A DNA stretch of 64,000 nucleotides from Trichomonas gallinae (Eukaryota), in NCBI GenBank assembly GCA_008369845.1, contig MRSU01011195.1, positions 1 through 64,000 of the forward strand. The letters are read 5' to 3'. Position 1 is the stretch's first letter. Each line of letters begins with the position of its first letter. Below the pieces are notes generated by a model that saw only the letters and a program-made list of their open reading frames with translations, made no database searches and was not told the origin of the DNA. Positions 53,836-62,488 of this stretch are shown here, piece after piece. A program made the translations under genes and the position numbers.

Positions 53836-55053
53836 ATGTTTTCTTTTTTTATCCAATCAATAAAATCAGATACAGTCGAGAACCGTAGGTTTATAGAGAA
53901 GAGTACCAACTTCACTGACAGCTGGGAGATTGGTGGAGTCTCTGAACAAGTCGGTAAGGACTTTTATTTAATTCCAGAAAATAAAACGAATTCATACGGT
54001 GGAATTTACTTCACAAGTAGACTTAGTGCACATAACTACGAAGCACGCGTATCATTAACATTCATTCCACACGAAAAATCGACTGGAATGAATGCGATTT
54101 GGATTACAAAGGATTATCACCAAGATTCACAAGTATTTGGCGGTCCACTATCATTCGATGGTATCGCATTGCTTTCAACATATAACGGAACTCATTTAGA
54201 AACAGAACTTCGCAAAAATGATAAAAAAGGACGCTTTGTGTCTTATCAATACTTCCCATCATCATTTGTTCCACTTGTTGATCACAAAGTTACATACAGG
54301 ATCGTATATAAGGACAAAATGGTAAACGTATATATTATTACTGGAGGCGTAGAAACTCATGCTTTCTCTCAACCACCTCTTTCTGATATAAGAAAATACT
54401 TCTTGAGTGTTACAGGCCGCTCAGGAAAGAGAATTACGCAAATTATTGTTGATGAAGCGAGATATCTCGATGTACTTGACGAAGAAGGATCAATTGTTAA
54501 GAATATAGTTACAATGAACGTAGAGCACGAAACCAAGCCTACGACAGCGCCAACACCAACTCCAATTGCTAAAGATCGAGATAATTACACAGTCACCGAT
54601 GTTTTAGATGAAATAGAGATATTTGACCTGTTTTCATCAGCCCTTACAGCCAATAAGGACGTTAGAGAGATGATTTGGAGCGAAATGGTGCCTTTCTCTG
54701 ATTCTTGGCAAAGAAGATCAATAGGAATTGTTAGGAAGGCCAAACATATGAAGGAATCACTGCAGATAGTTCTCAATAACACATACTTGCAGGTTCTCAA
54801 TGTTAAGAATGATATAGAAAAAGATTTAGCGCAATTAAGAACAGAAATGCAGGATATAGAAAACGAGCTTTACTATGGAATCTCAGATGGCTTTGAACTC
54901 CATAATAAGATCAGGGATGAAAAACATCAAGGATTGAGTGGAATAAGTAAAATATTATTCAATATTGGAATAATAGAGGCTGTTATTGGCATTGTTGCAA
55001 TTCTGTTTAAATCCTGTTACGATGGTGCCAAATCTAAGCGTAGATTTAATTAA
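53836..55053 (+). CDS. Legume-like (L-type) lectin membrane protein, ERGIC-53/VIP36-like
   Basis: N-terminal beta-rich domain (AIWITK...VFGGP..FDGIA), coiled coil, C-terminal TM and a short KSKRRFN tail. Confidence 0.75.
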   Translation: MFSFFIQSIKSDTVENRRFIEKSTNFTDSWEIGGVSEQVGKDFYLIPENKTNSYGGIYFTSRLSAHNYEARVSLTFIPHEKSTGMNAIWITKDYHQDSQVFGGPLSFDGIALLSTYNGTHLETELRKNDKKGRFVSYQYFPSSFVPLVDHKVTYRIVYKDKMVNVYIITGGVETHAFSQPPLSDIRKYFLSVTGRSGKRITQIIVDEARYLDVLDEEGSIVKNIVTMNVEHETKPTTAPTPTPIAKDRDNYTVTDVLDEIEIFDLFSSALTANKDVREMIWSEMVPFSDSWQRRSIGIVRKAKHMKESLQIVLNNTYLQVLNVKNDIEKDLAQLRTEMQDIENELYYGISDGFELHNKIRDEKHQGLSGISKILFNIGIIEAVIGIVAILFKSCYDGAKSKRRFN

Positions 55054-55829
55054 TTTTGTTATTAAAAAATAAATTATTTTATTTCCATTACATTTTTCAC
55101 CAAAAATGCAATATATATCAGACAAAATGTTCATATTATTGTCCGAATTTCATTTTGTTAAAATTCATTTTCAAATTCCAAATCTCGATTTTTATGAACT
55201 ATTTCTAATGAGAGAATAAATATCTAATAATAGTATGATAAATTTACATTATTACAGGTGGAATAATGCTAATTTCCTATTTTGTTATTTTAAATAATCA
55301 TAGAAACTCAAATTTCATTCCAGATTTTAGTCATATTAGTCCTATATTTTCTATATATTAAGCAATAATGCTAAAAAAAGAATCAAAAGTTTTTGATACA
55401 AAAAGCAGCGAATTCGCATTTTCATGTTGCAATAGACCAATTTAATATGAATTTTACAAAACGGTAGAATTGTTGTAAAATACGATTATTGTCAATTCAA
55501 AATCAAATTGCTTTCACACCCGTAAATTTATGATTTTTTTAAATAATCATTTTATATTTAGTCATTTATATTATCGTAAAATTTTGATCATTTCATCAAC
55601 TCTTTCACACCCGTAAAACGAAATATTGAAAATTAACGTCTTCAAGATTTATTCTCAGTTATCAGTAATGCGTTAAATTTTAGAAGAATTTAAGATTTGT
55701 CCGAAATTTTGTCACACTTCACAAATTTTTTTATTTCGATCAACTCACTTCGGAATATAATTCTACCCATATATTGAGGATAATAAGAGTGGTCGAATTT
55801 GTTTTTCAAATCAAATCAAAAATAATTTA

Positions 55830-57566
55830 ATGCCGAAAGTAGGATTTGTCCCTGAAGATATGTTGCATAGGATTGCGCAGAACAATTCCCAGTTCAACCT
55901 AATCTTTGCGACAGTGGGCCAGATCTGGATAGCTTTCCCAGATCCTTCCACATGGACAAAAAAGTTCGAAGGCGTTTTGACGCTAGACTATGACAGCTCA
56001 CAGAACACATACATCAACCTTTATGATTACGACACAGGAAAATTGCTTTTCTCCCATGAACTTTATTATGATTTCAAAGGATCATACAAGAAAGGCTCGA
56101 AAGATTTCTACTACTTTGCCTCCGATGTCTGTATGATGGGTATCCAGTTCCTTAATGAAAACCACGCCAGCGATTTCTATAAACAAGTCAAGACCGCATC
56201 AAAGAAGAAGAAATCCGGATTCTCGTTCTTCCACAAGAATGATGATGATGGCATTGTCATCTCAGACGTTAAATCAGTCGACTATGTCAGTGGTGCAAAA
56301 CAATCTGAATCTGGAGGAAACTACTTAATCACTGGAAATGGTGTCCAACTTGACAAGGTCCTTGCAGATATGGGATATACGCAGGAAGATATGAACGATA
56401 GGCAGATCGCACAAAAAGTATTCGAAAGAGTACAGCAACTTACTAACAGACAGCTCAATGGATCTAAGGCTCAGGATCCACATCCTGCAAAGCCACAAGC
56501 GTCACCGAAATCAAGCGGTTCTAGCGCCCCTCCTCCACCACCATCTCCATCTGGCGGACATGGAGGAGCTCCACCGCCTCCGCCACCACCACCACCATCA
56601 GGAGCACCACCTCCACCACCCCCACCGCCTTCTGGCGCGTTTGCTCCACCTCCACCCCCACCATCGAAGGGAAAGAAAGGAAAATCTTCTGGTGGCGGTG
56701 GCGTAGTAAAGCCAACAGATAACGCTCTACAAGACATGATTAAGTTCAGAAAGAAGAATGCGAATAAGGTTAAACCTCCAGAGCCCAAACTTTACTTCCA
56801 GGCCGGTGGTGGAGGCGGTGGCGGTGCTGCTGCTGACTCTGGCGTTGGCGCTGGACCAGCTGGTGGCGGCGGTGGTGCTGCAGCCGCACCAGCATCATTC
56901 GGAGGTGGCGCCCCATCAAATCCAGCCGCAGCGGCTGCAGCAATCATGGCCAAGAGAAGAGCAGCTGCTGCTGCAGGTGCAGCAGCTAATGTTCCACCAC
57001 CTTCTGCACCTCCACCAAGAACACAGCCAGCTCCACCACCAGTTGCAGCTGCTCCTCCAAGGGCTGCACCAGCTCCAAAACCTGCTCCTGCTCCAAAGCC
57101 AGCTCCTGCTCCAAAGCCAGCTCCTGCTCCTAAACCAGCTCCGAAGCCAGCTCCGAAGCCGGCCCCAGCACCAAGGGCAGCTCCTCCACCACCTTCTGGA
57201 GCTCCACCACCACCTCCACCTCCCCCAGAGGGCGTTTTCGCACCACCACCTCCACCGCCACCTTCCAAGGGCAAGAAAGGCAAATCTTCGGCTGGAAGTG
57301 GAATGCCTGTCAAGCCAACGGATAACGCGCTTCAGGATATGATCAAATTCAGGAAGAAGAACGCTACAAAGGTCAAACCACCTGAGCCAAAGCTTTACTT
57401 CCAGGCTGGAGGCGGTGGTGGTGGCGGTGGTGCTGCCGCTGCCGCTCCTGCTGGAGGTGGTGGTGGCGCTGCTGCACCAATGGGTGGTGGAAGACCAATG
57501 GGCGGTGGCGGCGATTTGCAATCTGAGCTTGCTGCCAAGCTTGCTGCAAGGAGGAACAGAATGTAA
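55830..57566 (+). CDS. WH1-domain proline-rich actin regulator (WASP-like)
   Basis: WH1 (ATVGQIWIAFPDPSTW...ELY..F..Y...FY.F....C.MGIQF..E..A..F), degenerate CRIB/GBD, poly-Pro tracts, PAPK repeats and a duplicated WH2-like module. Confidence 0.85.
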   Translation: MPKVGFVPEDMLHRIAQNNSQFNLIFATVGQIWIAFPDPSTWTKKFEGVLTLDYDSSQNTYINLYDYDTGKLLFSHELYYDFKGSYKKGSKDFYYFASDVCMMGIQFLNENHASDFYKQVKTASKKKKSGFSFFHKNDDDGIVISDVKSVDYVSGAKQSESGGNYLITGNGVQLDKVLADMGYTQEDMNDRQIAQKVFERVQQLTNRQLNGSKAQDPHPAKPQASPKSSGSSAPPPPPSPSGGHGGAPPPPPPPPPSGAPPPPPPPPSGAFAPPPPPPSKGKKGKSSGGGGVVKPTDNALQDMIKFRKKNANKVKPPEPKLYFQAGGGGGGGAAADSGVGAGPAGGGGGAAAAPASFGGGAPSNPAAAAAAIMAKRRAAAAAGAAANVPPPSAPPPRTQPAPPPVAAAPPRAAPAPKPAPAPKPAPAPKPAPAPKPAPKPAPKPAPAPRAAPPPPSGAPPPPPPPPEGVFAPPPPPPPSKGKKGKSSAGSGMPVKPTDNALQDMIKFRKKNATKVKPPEPKLYFQAGGGGGGGGAAAAAPAGGGGGAAAPMGGGRPMGGGGDLQSELAAKLAARRNRM

Positions 57567-57865
57567 AGTACGACTTTTTGGTCCTAAACCACATCATTTA
57601 TTACACCATTATTGCTTTTTTTATTAGATATTTTTCAATCAAATAATTATCAAGCGATAACTTTAGTATTTTCATGCATATTCATAATACACTCATCTAT
57701 AATTTCACTTTTTACAATATAACATATCCATTAGAACAATAATATTACATTCAAAATATCAAATATATGTTTTTAAGATGTCATATCAGGATAAAAAGGT
57801 TTATATTGCAAATTGATAGGATTTTAAAACATGGAAACAAATAAAAACTCTATAGAACAATATTT

Positions 57866-58597
57866 TCACAATGCTGTTCTGCTAAAGATTGGACTTGCAA
57901 GGTATTGGAGCATCTTAGCTGTTTGCGGGGACTGAAGGAATCCAGTTGGCATAGGAGATTGGAATGATACAACACTTGAGCGATTTTCGGCATCAGCGAA
58001 AGCTTTCTTTTGCTGATTCTTGAATTTGTCAACGTTACTTCTGAATGATGTCGTTGACTTAACAAGTGCATCCTTGAATCGGTTGTCTAGCATCGTTGTG
58101 TAGCCTCCTTCGCAAAAATCGCTGTGTTCGCTGTGGAATTTCCTATATCCACCATCGAGTATATATACCTCTGGGTAATGTAAGTTTGGATATTCGTTAG
58201 AATCGCGATCAATGTTCCTGAAAATCGAAGCCATTTGAGGACCTCTATTATGAGAAAACTCACAGTGGAACACGATCAATGAGTTTGGTATTGGTGTTTC
58301 GTAGAATAGTTTTTGCAATATTTGAGGATCATTTACGTTTAACGCACCATTTATGTGTCCTCCTTGATATTCGTAAGGATATCTGCAGTCAATGATGAAG
58401 AGCTTCTCAAAGAGCTCGTCATATTCTCCAGACATGATGTCTACGAGTGTTTGGCCGGAAATTCTCGGAATCGGTCCATTCCCTTCTATTACCGGAATTC
58501 CCTCCTGATTGACGTGCTCTGTGTTCTTGTTTGGAGAGAAGTCCAGCTCGGGAATGGGGATTCCGAACTTCACTGGCGATTTAAATGGTGATTTCAT
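57866..58597 (-). CDS. CDC25: Cdc25-type rhodanese-fold phosphatase
   Basis: IIDCRYPYEYQGGHI, catalytic HCEFSHNRGP, and YPEVYILDGGY. Confidence 0.93.
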   Translation of the reverse strand: MKSPFKSPVKFGIPIPELDFSPNKNTEHVNQEGIPVIEGNGPIPRISGQTLVDIMSGEYDELFEKLFIIDCRYPYEYQGGHINGALNVNDPQILQKLFYETPIPNSLIVFHCEFSHNRGPQMASIFRNIDRDSNEYPNLHYPEVYILDGGYRKFHSEHSDFCEGGYTTMLDNRFKDALVKSTTSFRSNVDKFKNQQKKAFADAENRSSVVSFQSPMPTGFLQSPQTAKMLQYLASPIFSRTAL

Positions 58598-58897
58598 TTT
58601 TTAATGATTGAGTAAACGTACGTTTTCTCAATTTTGAACATCGTAAACATCTCAATTTTTATGACGAACAAAACATAATATTTACACTCTGCTAAATGTT
58701 TACAGCATAATTTAATAAAAAATATTGAATCGCAAATCAAAGCATAACAAATTCGAATTTGGAACTTAAAATTAGCTTTAATATAACTAGAATATTAAAA
58801 TGATTATATCCTTTTATGTTAAGGAATAAACGGCCAAGTCCCAACAAGTGAAGAGGAAAATCTGTACGTTAAAACATATCTCAAATTGGAAAATTTA

Positions 58898-59073
58898 TTT
58901 ACGTGTCAAAATTAATCACAAATCATTAGAATTTGACATGTAAAGTATCCTTAACATGTCAAAAAATGTCTGGAATTGTCATGTAAAAATAAAATTAAAT
59001 GACAGAAATTATTTAAAATTGACATGTAAAATCATTTTAGTATGTCAAAAATTGTTTCGAATTGACATGTAAA
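58898..59073. repeat. 43-bp-periodic array of inverted TTTACATGTCAAAA-type element pairs upstream of cdc25
   Basis: Reverse copies (TTG[A/T]CATGTAAA) end at 58944, 58987, 59030 and 59073, with forward copies interleaved. Confidence 0.85.
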
Positions 59074-59509
59074 GTTTAGTATATTTTTTGAAATTGATTT
59101 ACAATTGGACAACATTGATTTGAGCTTCAATTAATAGTTAAGACAAAGTTGTCAAACTTGTTCTGACAGTTCCTGAAATAGATGTAAACACAAAAGATTA
59201 ATACACCAAAACAGTTTTGATTTATGCTTCACTTAAATGTCACCATTAATATGTCAAACTCATTCTCGCAGTTCCTAGAATTTGGAAAAAACTAATTTTA
59301 GAAATATGATTTTTATTACCATATTAATATTGATATAGGAGAAATTTAATTCTTCTTTTATTTGATGCATATAGTATGGCTTCGGCTGCTCATTAACACA
59401 CAAAATATCTGTTGCATTTGTTGTTTCATATATTGCATGATCAGAAAATTGAGTCAACAAAATTAGAATTAAATCAACTTTTGTATTTAACAAAACAAAC
59501 AATTAGATT

Positions 59510-60949
59510 TTATTCTTGATAATATTTCGATACAATATCGTTTATAGCATTAAAAAAGTCGTCATTTTCTTCATCATCGAGAAAATCGGCGATTTTTTCT
59601 TTTATATCTTCTTCATTCAGCCATTGTCCAAATGTATCAGTTTGCTGATTAACTGTTGCATATTCATCAATCTTAACAAGTGATTCAATAAAGCTCTCTT
59701 TCTTTATTTCGTCATCACAAGCAAGTCCATCTGTAATAATACGAATAATTTCAATTCGGAAAAATATTTCTAGACATTCTTGACATAAATAATTGATAAT
59801 CTCTGAAATAGCATAAGCTATATATAACTTCTTTTCAAAGCATTTCCCGTAGATTCTTATTGACTCTTCTAATAAAAATGCAGCAACTTCATTTGTGTTA
59901 TATTCCCTTATTATATCAAATATCAACAATGTAGCACTTTTGAAAGTCTCGCCATCTGAATATTCTAGCAAATGAACAACAAAATCAATATCAATACCAA
60001 CAGGAAGCAGATTCGACCTTGCTACTTGAGATAGAAGTATTATCAGCTCATGAAGAGAGTTCTTCTGGTTAGAATCAAGAATTGCAATATCATTTTCGAA
60101 AGGTTGATACATTTGTTCGATTCTGCAGCAAATAAACTTTGCCAATTCTTCGTTAATTTCTATAGCTTGAGATGCAATGCATTGAGTCCAAATGGATGAT
60201 ATAAATGATATATTATAGTGTTTTTCGAGAGAATATTCAAGATATTCTTCAATTATTAAAGAAATTGGAAATATTTCTTGATATAGATGTGTTCTATACA
60301 GAAATACATATAAAATCATTATTATATTTGATGCAATTTCATGTTGCGCTGATTTTGAAAAATTTGTAATATTTTGAACTAAATTTGTATAAAATTCAAG
60401 TGTAAACACAGACGAAACTGTTTCAAAACTGTTGGCAATGTCTAAAAGATTTTTTGAAATGATTAGAATTCGAATAAAAATATTTTCTGGAATCTGATTT
60501 GTAATTATTGATGAAAACGCTTCAAGCACGAAATCTTGAGATAAAACATCCAGCTTTATGTTATGAATTGAAGAAAACTTGGCTGTCAGATGAGTTATTA
60601 AAAAAACAAATTTTTGAACGAATTCGATACTCATATATGGAAGTAAAGCTTGTGTACATAGAATAGAATCTTGTATATATTCTGAAGTTTGAATTTCTGT
60701 AAATATTTGAAATTTCAAATTTAATTCTTCATTTAAAAGTTCTTCAAGTAGTCTTTTGATGTTTTTTATGTGATCTTCTAATTCAGGAAGATGACTTGAG
60801 TGGTCATTCTCGATAACAAATTTCAAAAATTCATTTAAATTGAATAATTTTGTTTGAAAATCTCCAGCAAATGGATTTTCAACTCCATCTGCAACATTTG
60901 GCTTTGCTAGAAAACTTTTGTTATCATTTTCTTTATATTCATCTTCCAT
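59510..60949 (-). CDS. Hypothetical acidic alpha-helical (ARM/HEAT-like) protein
   Basis: 479-aa AT-rich ORF, I/L/E/F-rich, with no diagnostic motif. Confidence 0.75.
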   Translation of the reverse strand: MEDEYKENDNKSFLAKPNVADGVENPFAGDFQTKLFNLNEFLKFVIENDHSSHLPELEDHIKNIKRLLEELLNEELNLKFQIFTEIQTSEYIQDSILCTQALLPYMSIEFVQKFVFLITHLTAKFSSIHNIKLDVLSQDFVLEAFSSIITNQIPENIFIRILIISKNLLDIANSFETVSSVFTLEFYTNLVQNITNFSKSAQHEIASNIIMILYVFLYRTHLYQEIFPISLIIEEYLEYSLEKHYNISFISSIWTQCIASQAIEINEELAKFICCRIEQMYQPFENDIAILDSNQKNSLHELIILLSQVARSNLLPVGIDIDFVVHLLEYSDGETFKSATLLIFDIIREYNTNEVAAFLLEESIRIYGKCFEKKLYIAYAISEIINYLCQECLEIFFRIEIIRIITDGLACDDEIKKESFIESLVKIDEYATVNQQTDTFGQWLNEEDIKEKIADFLDDEENDDFFNAINDIVSKYYQE

Positions 60950-60956
60950 ATGAATA

Positions 60957-61066
60957 TTTACAAGTCAAAATCATAATTACATGACAAAATATATAATAAC
61001 ATGACAATATATGCATTACGTGTCAAAATTATAATTACATGACAAAAGTATTTTTACGTGTCAAAA
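60957..61066 (+). repeat. Six direct copies of the 14-bp element at 19-20 bp period
   Basis: Copies start at 60957, 60976, 60996, 61015, 61034 and 61053, immediately upstream of ATG 60949 (minus strand). Confidence 0.88.
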
Positions 61067-61220
61067 TCAAAGAAAATTTCATTTCAGCTAAATCACACAC
61101 ATAATAACTTGCTTGTAGGTAGATAAGACGAGTTAGATTAAATAATATAATTTTTAACAAACAGATAAAATAAATAAAAGAAATTCCGCGGAATGATTCA
61201 ATCTTGTAGATAAGCTAGAA

Positions 61221-61907
61221 TTACCTTGGAGTTAGTGATGGTACAACAATTCTTGAACGGTTCACTGCTTTAATATATTGTTCAAGAGATGGTACTTCTG
61301 GCTGCTCTTTAACGAATGGCTTTGGCTTTAGAGCAGATGATATGCTTACTGTAGATACCAAATGATGATTCTTCATTGCAAAATTTTCATGAACTTTGCA
61401 ATCTTTATCAAATTGTCTTTGACTCTCAATTTCACTAGTTTCAGCGTAGTAGGACTCGAGCATATGTGTCATTTCTTCGTTCTTTAAAGCTTGTTCTGCG
61501 ATAAATTGCTGATGTTTGTAGAAATCGAAAGTTCTTGTGCGAGTGTAATAACCTCTCCATGATCTTTGTATTTTCATTGCCATTTTGTTGTAAAAACTCA
61601 TTCTTTCATTCGAGATTTTGTCTTGACGAAGGATAGCGACTGCAACTTTAGCGAGATGTCTTCTCCATATGCTTTGTATGACTGTTGCACACTCGTTTAT
61701 GTGCCTTAATTTCTTTCTTTCAGAATGTCCCCTCCAAACTTTCTGAATTTTAACAGCTGCGTTGAATTCCTTTTCACCATTCTCTTCCGCTTCATCTATC
61801 ATATCGAAATACTGCTTAAACAGGTTATTCCGATTTCGAAACAAAATTCCAAACGCAGACATTTTTTTTTTGCTACTTTTTACGTTAGTATTTTTGTATA
61901 CATCCAT
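61221..61907 (-). CDS. IQ-motif calmodulin-binding protein, SPATA17-like
   Basis: Three IQ motifs (AAVKIQKVWRG, IQSIWRRH, MAMKIQRSWRGYYTR) plus HHLVST. An alternative start is at 61862. Confidence 0.8.
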   Translation of the reverse strand: MDVYKNTNVKSSKKKMSAFGILFRNRNNLFKQYFDMIDEAEENGEKEFNAAVKIQKVWRGHSERKKLRHINECATVIQSIWRRHLAKVAVAILRQDKISNERMSFYNKMAMKIQRSWRGYYTRTRTFDFYKHQQFIAEQALKNEEMTHMLESYYAETSEIESQRQFDKDCKVHENFAMKNHHLVSTVSISSALKPKPFVKEQPEVPSLEQYIKAVNRSRIVVPSLTPR

Positions 61908-62488
61908 GGATTTCTAGTTTTCATCGCAAAAATCATTTAAATTGCATAAAACTCACTTTTTACTAACAAACCATATTCATATCTCTCTAATTTTTTTCAA
62001 TTTTTTAACTTAATGGATAATAGATATTTTTCTCTTAAATATCAGTTAATTATCTCATAGATAGTCAATTAATCGGCAATGAAACCCGATTGAGTTTTTG
62101 ATTCAAATTTTCATCTTGATAGTTTTCTTCAATTGATGCTTTTATTACACATATCTCATACACTATCTATAAACTATTTGTTGGCATTAATATAATCAAC
62201 AATATCATATACATTTCCTGGTATAAAATTACTCTATCTTTCTTCCACATCATTAGAGAAAAGAGAATTGGATGATCCTTTATATAATGTAATATGGTTG
62301 ACTTCTTTTCAGAAAGTCATTACACACTACAATAATTTCATTTGAAGCATAGATCAATGCAATATTGCATAATAAAATGTCTTTTGCGTTGATATCTATT
62401 CTAGGTATAGTGAGAAGCAGCAATGAATAAAAATAAAAGACTATTAAAAATGTTTATAGGGATAATTTATATATAAGCAAAAAAAATA

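Noticed and set aside
58898..61066. CRISPR-like repeat/spacer arrays
   Set aside because: Repeats are only ~14 bp with short AT-rich linkers, there are no cas genes, and the context is eukaryotic.
21015..61907. Functional cluster of flagellar/centriolar genes (LRR, kinesin-2, SAS-4-like, SPATA17-like)
   Set aside because: The genes are scattered over 40 kb among unrelated functions, with no evidence of clustering beyond chance.
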